DNA of 63,517 nucleotides, filler included, from Welwitschia mirabilis (taxonomy: Eukaryota), in assembly GCA_051453625.1 (NCBI GenBank). It is 5 parts of one record of this genome, joined end to end, with 100 filler letters (N's around TTAATTAATTAA, not from the genome) between each part and the next. Parts side by side here need not be neighbours in the genome. Positions count along the whole stretch, not along the records: positions 26,007 to 55,835 come from JBOZIK010000001.1; positions 55,936 to 61,706 come from JBOZIK010000001.1; positions 61,807 to 63,517 come from JBOZIK010000001.1; 2 more parts are not named here. One strand, written 5' to 3'. The position numbers and the translations under genes are program-made. Below are positions 53,341 through 63,517 of the stretch, piece after piece (the stretch's first letter is position 1; the number at the start of each line of letters is the position of its first letter). The notes beneath the pieces are model-generated. The model searched no databases, was not told the origin of the DNA, and was given only the letters and a program-made list of their open reading frames with translations.

Positions 53341-55780
53341 TGTCATGATCTAGTTTTTGGATTAGACATAAAACATAAATTTTTTCCTTTAAATTAACTT
53401 TATTACATTATAATGCATCAATTTATATAATAAGATTAAATATTATAGTATGATAATTTTGGTTACAACTGAGAAACTCATCTTTTAGTTACCCATAGGA
53501 TTCATGTTAAGTAAACTATGTGATGATAGATTACTCGACCAATATCACAACCAATCTTAAGGTTAAATAGGAATTTTGATTAAGAGCACATAAAAAAATA
53601 TGCAGGCTATAGTTGAGTGGTTGGTTACTATTGTGCTATCAATTTACGATTATTTGATGGGGTTTTATGAGTTGTTTTGTCAGACTTTTACATAGGTTTA
53701 GGTACAAGTATAAGGATTTTTTAGATATAAGAAGAAATNNNNNNNNNNNNNNNNNNNNNNNNNNNNNNNNNNNNNNNNNNNNNNNNNNNNNNNNNNNNNN
53801 NNNNNNNNNNNNNNNNNNNNNNNNNNNNNNNNNNNNNNTAGGAATTTTTATTAAGAGCACATAAAAAAAATATGCAGGCTATAGTTGAGTGGTTGATTAC
53901 TATTGTGCTATCAATTTATGATTATTTAATGGGGTTTTATGAGTTGTTTTTTCAGACTTTTACACAGGTTTAGGTACAAGTATAAGGATTTTAAGATATA
54001 AGAAGAAATCTCAGAAAAGTGTGCTTCTTATTTATATTTGATATATTATAGGCACTTTTTGATGAACAAATCTTTAGAGAAGGATTATTAATAAAAATGC
54101 TAGTTTCTTCTCAAAAAAAAAAAAATAAAAAAAACCATCATCCCCTTCGTCGTCCTCACAACAGGTAGATGATACTTTGCTAATGTGGACTGCTAAATTA
54201 GCATTTCAAGAATATTCTATAATGTACTGTTGTCTGAACTATCTGGATGATACTCTCATGTAACTGACTTAGACAAGATTCTCTTAATAATTTCTTCCAT
54301 TTCTAAGTTATTGATAAGCATGCCTAACTGCACCAACTATCTGTCCTTATCTACTGTATAAATAAGTCCTCCTTCAATTCTATTGATCATCTTAATTACA
54401 TTGAACATTCTTATTATAGGAGATCGAACAATGGAGATCCATCTTAAGTGTTGCAAAAAGAAATGCACTTAGTGGAGGGCTGTATATTTTCCATTGAGAC
54501 CCAACTGTTTTGTAACCTAGATGGATGTTACTCTTTTAATATAAATTCTTGTTGTCTTTTCATGCTTGTATTATAGATCTTTTAATTACTCTTATAGTCT
54601 ATGTTGCCCTTGATCTGGTGACAATTTGTTCTGTGATATAAATTACCAAGGGTAGCATTTGTTAAGGCTAAAAAGAATTAGTATTAAGATTCATTTTGCA
54701 TTTGCATTTAAAATAGTTACATTTTGCATTGTATATTTATTTCCTTGAAGTATTAGTTATTTTCTAGTTCCTCTTATTCTGGAAAGCAATCTAAGTCTCA
54801 CCTCATAGACTTCAATGAGATATGACATTTCAGATCTACTCCCATTATATTAGTGTGTTGTGTTGTGTGAGATAATTATTTATTTTATTATTAACAAAAT
54901 CCTTTAAGCTTAAGTACTCACACAAATACACACTGTAATAGTTGCATTAATAACTAAGTAACCATGTCTATGCAATCCTCATCTAGAGAAGTTTAGACCA
55001 CATGTAGTTCTATCTTAGATCTTATTCTAATCTCCACCAATACGCATGAGCATAATATATATTAAAGTGGTTCAAATCAATGGTATGTGATAATCTAGGC
55101 ATGAAAAAATGCAAAGAATAATGTCAAAATCAATATTCATACCAACAATAATAGATATTCCACATGAATATATGTACATATGCATAGAAGTTATATGTGA
55201 AAGTATACCCGGCAGCCAACTCTCAAGGTTATAACATCCAATTCTATTAAGAAATTCTAANNNNNNNNNNNNNNNNNNNNNNNNNNNNNNNNNNNNNNNN
55301 NNNNNNNNNNNNNNNNNNNNNNNNNNNNNNNNNNNNNNNNNNNNNNNNNNNNNNNNNNNNNNNNNNNNNNNNNNNNNNNNNNNNNNNNNNNNNNNNNNNN
55401 NNNNNNNNNNNNNNNNNNNNNNNNAGCCATTAGTAATCCTCCATCACCAAGCATAAGAGATCTTTCATATCTCACTATAACATAGTGGTGGGAGTCAATG
55501 GAAGGGAATATATCATAATAGAATTTCACTATAGTAAACCCATACAAAAATATGATTAGTACACCACATACATACATGTCATTTTAGCAAGGTACCTTAT
55601 AGTTGCTCCTTTTATTACATAACATAGTAAACCTACTAATATATAAATATAAAATGCTAATGAGAATAGCACATATGCCATTGATTAAGTTACTAGTCTC
55701 AACAAACTTAGCTTAATAGAAGTCAAATAATAAAGATCCTTAATTAAATACCTAATGGTTTTAATAAGCATCATAAATCC
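53341..55780 (-). mobile_element. 5' LTR of the Tekay/Del-like element, interrupted by a solo LTR
   Basis: TGTCATGATC start. 53341-53628 and 54946-55780 align to 38598-39100 and 40500-41280. Confidence 0.7.
53629..54940 (+). mobile_element. Solo Athila-type LTR (family B) with TSD GTTAC/GTTGC
   Basis: Decayed termini TATTGTGC...CTGTAATA. Removing it restores GGTTGGTTAY+A.TAATAACTAAG as in the empty homologous site at ~38847-38871. The first ~110 bp are duplicated across the gap. Confidence 0.8.
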
Positions 55781-55935
55781 TATGTGAATTCAAACTAGGA
55801 ATTTCTGTTTGATGGTTTACATTTTGTTTTTATTTNNNNNNNNNNNNNNNNNNNNNNNNNNNNNNNNNNNNNNNNNNNNTTAATTAATTAANNNNNNNNN
55901 NNNNNNNNNNNNNNNNNNNNNNNNNNNNNNNNNNN

Positions 55936-56213
55936 GTTGGTAAATATAAAGGGTTCCAATTTCCACCTAAGTCATGCCTTTGGGTGTGATGGTAAAGGGC
56001 CTAACAATTGGTATCGGAGCCATGGTTATTGGCTGGTCTTGGGTTCAAGTCTCCCCAGTGGCTTCCCGGTTCATGTGAGCACTTGGCATGTGGTTTGAGG
56101 GGGAGATTTTTGGGTATGCGCTCCACTTGCCCAGCCCGACAAGTGGGTAAATATAAAGGGTTCCAGTTTCCACCTAAGTCATGGCTTTTGGTGTGATGGA
56201 AAAGGGCCCAACA
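55936..56213 (+). mobile_element. TRIM (terminal-repeat retrotransposon in miniature)
   Basis: Partial 5' LTR ends ...CCTAACA at 56006; PBS TGGTATCGGAGC at 56009-56020; ~100-bp non-coding interior; PPT GAGGGGGAGA at 56097-56106; 106-bp 3' LTR 56108-56213 matching the 5' LTR. Confidence 0.9.
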
Positions 56214-56630
56214 GATTCCTTTGCATCATGACTTGCAAGTGGGGACGAATTCTGTTAACTAGAATCTCTGAGAACAACCTGTAAATTACATTGCAAACTC
56301 CTATTGGTCTATAGTCATTAACATCTCTAGCTTCAACTTTCTTTGGGATCATGACAATCCGGGTGTTGTTCTAGGGGTAAGAAGCAAATCTGTTTTGCAT
56401 CACACGATTAAACGCCTTAGTAGTTGAGTGTCCTATATGCCCCTAGTACTTTCGAAAACAAATTCACTGTCCACCCATCTGGGCTAGGACTTCTGTTTAG
56501 TTTCATTCCCTTAACAACCTTCCAAACTTCCTGTTGATCCACTCGCCCTAGGGGAACTCCCTGCCATATGCCACAGTCTAGAGCGCTTGTTCATCCACTG
56601 AATTGGTTTTATCATGCTAGCCTGCTTGCT
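56214..56630 (-). mobile_element. L1 LINE ORF2 (RT N-terminal) fragment
   Basis: SPSPDGWTVNCFRKY; DYRPIGVCNVIYRLFSEILVNRIRPHL. Confidence 0.85.
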
Positions 56631-56639
56631 CGAGTTGAC

Positions 56640-57620
56640 AGTGTTAAAAAAATATTTTGTGTGTTTGTCTCCATGCTTCATCTAGTGCATATGTGCTCTC
56701 TGTCGCTAATACATCTGTTCCTGTTTCCGAAAACTATGAAGCTCCTAGAGCTTTCTCCATTCATTTGCGTGCAGATCTTGCCCTCTCTCCTATTTTTGCT
56801 AAATAAGCCGAATTTCCTCTTTTAGTCTTTCCTTTTGCTGGAATTTCTGAGCTTAAGTCGGCACATGCTGTCTAACTTTTACTTATGGCAATATGTCGTT
56901 GTGGGGAGTATATCATCACACAGAAGGCATAAACTCTGGATGTTTATTGAGCTAAATGCCACCCTTTGTAAATCATTAGTCATTACCTTATGCCTTCTCA
57001 TTTCCTTTCTACTTATTGTACTAGACAATGCAGTATTCCCTTCTCAAGTGATCTTTCTTCTTGGTTCTTGCAACACCAGCAAATAGCTGGCCTCATTTGT
57101 TGTGTCCACATCCTCTAGCTCTTGACAAAGAGCATCCTCTATGGACAACAAGAGATTCATCTGAAGATTCAATAAGTCTTGTTTTCTTAGCATCCAACAA
57201 CTTTGAAATAACAATGTTCATACTTGGGAGAGAGCCTAAAGCAATTGTTGGAGTAGTGCAAACAGCCATCCATGAAGCAAATAAGGAATTAAGAATTTCA
57301 AACACTCTTAAGTTCTTTGCAAACACCACCTTCAAGTTGTCCAATTGTAAAAACAATCTATCATCTCATTTAGATAGAGTCTGCAATGATGACCCTTCTT
57401 TCATCTTCATCTTAAGGAATTTGTTTATAGTGTAATACTAGTTTGTACTAGTGGGATGGTCATACGATTGTTTCAAAATGTCTCGTATTTTGTGTGTCTT
57501 AAATTGTTTCATGGATTTATTTATCTCATGACCAAGACATAGTTGAATCAAGGATAATGCCCACTTGTTAAGTTTATCCCATTCTACGTCTGACATTTTC
57601 TTTTAACAATCTTTGTAAGA
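56640..57620 (-). mobile_element. Ty1/copia gag fragment
   Basis: ALSLIQLCLGHEI (~57560-57520), LKMKEGS, ALGSLPS, decayed knuckle TYCHK (~56895). Confidence 0.65.
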
Positions 57621-57929
57621 CAATTCATAAGCTACTTTCACTTCACAATTTGATTGGATGACTATATAGCAGTATTTCTTATAGAGAATGTCCTCATCAA
57701 AATTTTTAAGGCTTTCTAGTTCTGAAATTTGACTATAGTCTATCTGCACCTTGCAATCACTTCATTCTAAAAGTTGATTGTATGGACATTGAAAAGTGAT
57801 TGGACAAACTTCAAAATTTGCCTTGTGTACCCTCTCACTTAGCTTGTGAAAATGCCCTTTGTTTCATTTGCTTGTGGCCTGTTGGAATGAAGTCAACAAC
57901 GTGAGTGTGAGTGTCCTTGCCTTCATTCC

Positions 57930-58580
57930 ACAAACTACTTGGTCTCTTTGTCAAGGGCTTCTAATAGTGTTTGAATTGAAGCTTGCCTGAGTACTTAACA
58001 TGTGGATGAGGGTTACTTGCTTTGCTGCCTTTGTTTTACTGGTTGCTCAATCTCTTTGTTAAGGGCTTCTAATAGTGCTTGAACTTTCAACGAAAGTTTG
58101 TTTGTGCACCTAGCATTTGGATTGAGAGCGAAATTATTGGGTATGCAGCCCCATGCATGGTATGAGTGGGATTTTGTCAATGTGTTCTGCTTTCAACCAC
58201 AATCATCATGTTTGTTGAGATAGTAATGGGTCTAACAGGTCTATCTTCTTGCTTGAGCACATGTCTAAGGGTTTGATCGATAACATCGCATTCCACTTAG
58301 AATATCCTAGGTTAATTATTGTAAGAATTGCTTCTTTAGCTATATGTTCTTTCAATTTCTTGAAATTTTCATTGCTTTCTGGAACCATTTGAAAACCACA
58401 TCCTTTCTATTATGGAAGCACAAGTTCTTTGAAACTCATGAACAAGCATTCCATAGAACCCTTGGAAACCATAAAAAGTTCTTACCCTTCTTGTTGTAAC
58501 CAGGCACAATTTTATCTACCTTGTTTTTGTTTGTCTTGATACAATCCTTGTTCACCATCATACATTGGAAGCCTAGCTAA
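57930..58580 (-). mobile_element. Ty3/gypsy pol fragment (RT-RNase H connection), CRM-like
   Basis: VRTFYGFQGFY, KDVVFKW, NENFKKLKEHIAKEAIL, VECDV....HVLKQEDRPV. A ~33-bp repeat (57943/58051) resembles the GP.TR C-terminal motif. Confidence 0.6.
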
Positions 58581-59227
58581 TTAAACTTGTTTTTCATGTT
58601 TATAGAAATATTTTTACTCTTAGTTTGTTCAACACCATTGAGAGGATCAACAAGTCTATCATGCAGGTGCAAGTCAATGCAAATGAAGAACTAGGCAAAT
58701 CAAATTGCCAAGCTTTAACATTGAGGAAAAAATTTGGATTTCATTGATCTCTTGATCTTTCTCAGTCTTTGACCCTTCTTTATCTATTATTTTTGTTCTT
58801 TGTTTGTATTAGGTTGCATGAACTTGAATGACCATTGTTAGGCCATATTCTTTCTTATCGATCTCTTAAGCCAAATCTCTTATCTTGGTTGATCACCTCT
58901 AGAATTGTACTAAGCACAAACCTTTGTTTCGTCTTCAACATAAAAGCATGTTTTTTTGACCCTGTCAGGGATGTGATGTCATCATACATCTAGGCTCTCC
59001 AAAAATACATGAAAGTCATTCATATTTACAATGTCATACAGAATTTTTTGGTTCAAAATGAAGAAAAGGATGGCATACTAAATTAATATCCATTTCGTTG
59101 AGCCTTGTATTGGTCTCTAGGTTGATGTATATATGTACAAGAACTCTAGTACATCTTGTTTGATCTCAATCCTACTATCAAGTTACATGATAAGTTGTTG
59201 GAACCATCACACCTGGCTTGGAGTTAT

Positions 59228-61706
59228 TGTTATAAAATGTGGCAGAGCAAAAACAAAAGGCGAATAACAAAATACTAGATTTAGTGTGGAAACCCCAATG
59301 TGGGGAAAAACCCCAGAAGCAATGCACATCTTTCTTATTTGAATGATAGGGTAAGGACGTAGGCCATCCTCAATAGCCAATCTCGCTTGTCTCTTGATCG
59401 ATATATATATAATGCCCCTATTCCCCTTGTATAAATCTCCTTTGTGGTAGAAGCCCTAATTTTACATTGATGTTACGACCAGAACTTTGTAGATGACTTC
59501 GATTTTAACCCTCCCTTTTCAACACCCCTTCTTTTTTCTTTTTTCAATTAGTATTTAAAAGAAGCAAACTACAACATTTTTAAAACATAACGTCAACAAT
59601 ACGAAGGGAACAAATAACATAACAAGAGACTTGGCATCACTTCTTCCCCTTGAAGACAAATTTGATGAGCCTCCAAGGAAACAAGAGAGATGCATTACTT
59701 TAAATGCCATTTTCTCATGTTACCGCAATTCCAAGGTTTTCCTTGTAGAAGTTATTTTTCTCCACTGTCGCTACCTTTGTAAGTGCATCAATAAATTTTG
59801 CCTTAGTATTTATTTTTTGTTAATTAGTCTGTTTTCAATAATTTCTCTGACAAAATGAAATGGGATGTTAATGTGTTTTGTCCTTATATGAAATGCTGAA
59901 TTCTTTGCCATGTGTATGGTACTTTGATTGTAACAAAACACATAATACTTCTTCTGTTTCAACCCAAGAAAGCATGTGCGACTAAATTATTTCTTTGTGT
60001 GCCTTTGTGAGAACCACATACTTTGCCTTTGTAGTAGACAAAATCACAAATGGTTGAAGACATAATAACCAGCTAATTGCTTCTCCATCAAATTTGAAGG
60101 CATAACCCCTGTGGAAAGTGTGCTATCCAAATTTGCTGCAAAATTAGCATCTACAAAACCTTGTAAGCTTAAGTCTCTATTGCCAAAACACAAACAATCC
60201 CTTTGTGTACCCTTCAAATATATAAGAATTCCTTTTACCACAAGCTAATGATTCCAACCAAAATTTACTAAGTTCTTCTACTATATGATCAATGTCAGGA
60301 GAAGTACATACCATGGCATACATGAGAGATCCTAGCACTGATGTATAGGGAATATGCTCCACTTTTGTCATTTGTTTTTGAGAGCAGGGTAGTTTCTTTT
60401 AGACAACTTGAAATGAGGGTTGAGCCATACGTCCTTCTACTTTTGGTCCCTGTAAATTTCATCCCCAGAATTTTCTTTGCTTGTCCCAAATCTTTTATAG
60501 CAAATTGCTGACTCATTCTAGCTCTCAAATGCTTGATTTCAGCTTTATAATTCCCTACAACCAACATGTCATGAACATGCAACAACAAGATAACAAATTT
60601 ATTTGAGATACTTCTAAAGAAGTATACACAGTGATCAAACTAACTCCTTTGGTATGGTTGTTTTTTCGTGAATGTATCAAACCTCTTGTACCATTGTCCT
60701 GGGGCTTGTTTCAAACCCTAAAGACTCTTCTTTCAATGACAAGCTAGATTGGGATGTCACTTGTTTACATACCCATCAGGTTGATACAAGTAAATTTTCT
60801 CATCCAAATTACCCTGTAAGAGGGCTATCTTTATATCTAACCTTTCTAGTTCCAAATCCAAGCAAACAACAAGAGGAAGAACTATGCTTATAGAGGAATG
60901 TTTTACAACAAGAGAAAAGATCTTGGTAAAATAAATACTTGGCTTTTGTGTATTACCTTTCACAACCCTCCTACCCTTGTAATGTTTTTTCCCATTTGCC
61001 TCATCTTTCAATATGAAAATCCACTTGCTATGAGAGCTTTACATTCCTGTGGCAGATTACTAGTTCCTATGTATTATTATCTTTCAAAGATTTCGATTTA
61101 TCCTCCATGGCTGCCTTCCATTTGGTCGCATTAGAAGCAGAAGGTGCTTCTTCAACTATGTGTAGTTCTCCACTATCACTATAAAGAACATAGTGCAATA
61201 AGAGAGAATACTCGTCAAGAGGACAAGAAAGTTCTGGTAGAACACCTTACCCAACGAGGTGTCAATTGGTGTTTCTAGTTCTTCTTCCTACTCTTGATTA
61301 GGAGATTTCTCATTACTTTGTAGTTCCAGCATTTTCATTTTCGAGGACCTATTCTACTTCTTGCTTTTCAACATTTGTTTCATTTCTTAGCCTATAAGAC
61401 TACTGTGGGAAGATAATTAGAATTTGCTTGATTTCCATCCTGAAAACCATAAAACATCACCTACACTTTGAATTTAGCATCATGTGACCTCACTATTTGA
61501 TTAGCTTAAGGATCTTTTAGTCTTTAGCCAAGCGCATTCTCACCATGGCCAACAAAAATGTATGGTTTGGCTCTTTCTTGCAACTTGGTCCTAGTCTCTT
61601 TTGTTAGAAAAATACAACAGAGTAAAAGCAAAATGCAAACATCAACACACCAGATTTACGTGGAAAACCCCAATGTGGGGAAAAACCACGGAAGCAATGC
61701 AGAGCT
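59228..61706 (-). mobile_element. Internally deleted Ty1/copia element (Tnt1/Tork-like): 3' LTR 59228-~59625, RT-RNase H, second LTR from 61602
   Basis: KGRRVVKG, LERLDIKIALLQGNLDEKIYLYQPDGY, LLHVHDML, IKDLGQAKKILGM, IPYTSVLGSLMYAMVCT.PDI, TKHINIPFHFVRE. Both LTR ends share GTGGAAA(A)CCCCAATGTGGGGAAAAACC. Confidence 0.85.
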
Positions 61707-61828
61707 NNNNNNNNNNNNNNNNNNNNNNNNNNNNNNNNNNNNNNNNNNNNTTAATTAATTAANNNNNNNNNNNNNNNNNNNNNNNNNNNNNNNNNNNNNN
61801 NNNNNNTTCCATCACATATTAGAATAGC

Positions 61829-62090
61829 CACTACAAGAAATATAGGCTTTTAAGGCCCTAAAAAATGCCTTAAACACTTTTAAACATCACCTTAAAAGCT
61901 AATTTTATGTTAATTAAATAAAAAATTAAAAAGTCTTTTAAGCCATTTTTCAAAGAAATGCCTCAAAAGGTTTTTGAGGAATTTTGTGAGAGAAATGCCT
62001 CAAAAAGCCTTTTGAGGAATTTTTTGAAAAAAAATGTCTCAAAAGCCTGTTGAGGCATTTTACAAAATAAATGCCTTAAAAGGTATAACT
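61829..62090. mobile_element. CACTA (En/Spm) transposon terminus with subterminal repeats
   Basis: TIR CACTACAAGAAA at 61829-61840, followed by direct and inverted AAATGCCTCAAAA / TTTTGAGG(C/A)ATTT repeats. The other end is not in the window. Confidence 0.85.
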
Positions 62091-63517
62091 CGTGTAAAAA
62101 AAATTTAGCATAGATATACAAGCACAATCATTTTATTAATATTTAGAAAAAAATTCAATACTTACCTTCTGACATGCTACAGTTGCTACATCGAACATGC
62201 CTAAGCAACAAGATAATTTGGGGTGATGATGTATTCAACCCCTCTTAAGTGAGACTAGAGCTAGAAAAGATATTCAATGGGCTATTTTCATAGATCTAGA
62301 TTGGTTTTCGTTTTATTGGAACACCTCACATTCATAGAAATGGACATTATAAAGCCAAAAGTTTCCTACCTAATTTTGGATTTTTCTCTGTTCAACAACT
62401 GCTAAACATTATCTTAACATTAGGATAAAGAAAATTTAGATCCATCAATATTAAGAATAGTTCTACCTGCAAAGATTAACATGTCTTCTTTGGATATATT
62501 ATGTATTAAAAGATGTCTAATGTAGAAAATGGATGCAAAAGACATTGACTGAAAAATGGATAAACTAGTAATAGAAGAAGATGAAATTTCAAGCCTCACT
62601 CTAGACAATTTTAGCTTTAAAGTTAAAGGTATTATTTTACAAGGATGATCTACTCCACCATATTTCTATTCACTCATTTTCTGCTTGTAAATCACTACCT
62701 AAAAAATTTGTTTACACATTAGTTCCAAATTAAGCCATTTCAGAGGGGATCTTCAAATCTCAAATTTAAATAAATAATAAATATAAAAGAAAAAATAAGA
62801 AAGATAATTAAGTAGTATAATGTCAAGTATGATGCAAGTATGTGAAAAGAGAAGGTGTAATATAAGAAGAAAGAAAGAAAGGTTCATCAACTCATAGTTG
62901 CAGGCCCTTCTCTTCTTATAAAATTAAATAGCCCATAATACATTTGTTGCTATTCATTGGAAGTTTTTGTTGTTTTCTACTAAAGTGGAAGGAGAAGTAA
63001 AACTCCTTGTACTATAATCAAGTTGATAGTGTTATCTTAATGATTACTTAATTGCTAGTTAAAGGATTATCTAAATGTTTCTGAGTGCTACTTAAATGCT
63101 ACCTCAAAGTGCTATTTTTGTAACTATTATTGGACTAAGAAAGAACATGTTGCCAAAGATAGAGAAACTAACCTAGCTTACTATTTAGTATGCGTGTTTA
63201 AAACCTCATTCCAATACAAATCTTTTTGCAGTTAATTCTAGGTTCACTCTATAAATTGTATTGTGCATTTTAAATTAATAAAATTTTTATTACATTATTT
63301 TATTTAGCTTTTTTTGCATTCTAAATTATTTTTAGCATAGTATTATTTTAATGTAAATTTTATGTCGTTAAATCTCATTCATGAAATAGGGTGAGTTACA
63401 TGAAAGAGCAATCTAATGTTTAGGACACTATAAAGTATATATCCAAATACTCAGACTACCTTAAATTATTGAAAGACGATGAAGCTAAGAAACAGATATA
63501 AAGTGATGTTAGATCTC

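Noticed and set aside
216..54009. Short near-identical direct repeats flanking gaps (e.g. 216-255/356-395, 2803-2972/3073-3248, 10255-10434/10535-10713, 38515-38856/39470-39841, 40500-40787/40888-41160, 47123-47175/47765-47816, 53567-53738/53839-54009)
   Set aside because: They always straddle an N gap; unmerged overlapping contig ends or haplotypes, not tandem duplications.
1346..55577. Long ORFs in the supplied track consisting mostly of X
   Set aside because: Open only because they run through N gaps.
61860..62080. CRISPR-like short repeats
   Set aside because: About 13-bp direct and inverted repeats without unique spacers, next to a CACTA TIR; these are subterminal repeats.

Overview
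AT-rich, gap-riddled plant (angiosperm-type) heterochromatin with no intact host gene, rRNA, tRNA or CRISPR. It is a stack of decayed, nested transposons. From left to right: a Sirevirus-like Ty1/copia (1-4.6 kb, minus); a ~20-kb cluster of Athila-like Ty3/gypsy LTRs and elements (6.95-27.1 kb), in which a full-length copy with an env-like extra ORF sits in reverse inside the gag of its own family with a perfect GTTAT target-site duplication; Tekay/Del-like LTRs; three L1 LINE pieces; a solo LTR; a TRIM; copia and CRM-like fragments; and a CACTA end. The known TEs leave one component unexplained: an old unit of ~8.5-kb period (4.6-6.95 kb, 27.1-38.6 kb) with two divergent decayed reading frames, one weakly ankyrin-like. 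This unit also carries a ~145-bp module whose homologue lies in the loop of a ~75-bp-arm inverted repeat inside the Athila element. That unit and module are the best candidates for something undescribed, but their identity cannot be established by eye. N44-TTAATTAATTAA-N44 spacers and gap-flanking duplications are assembly artefacts. All alignments and translations were done by eye; boundaries not set by TG/CA, PBS or TSD are approximate.
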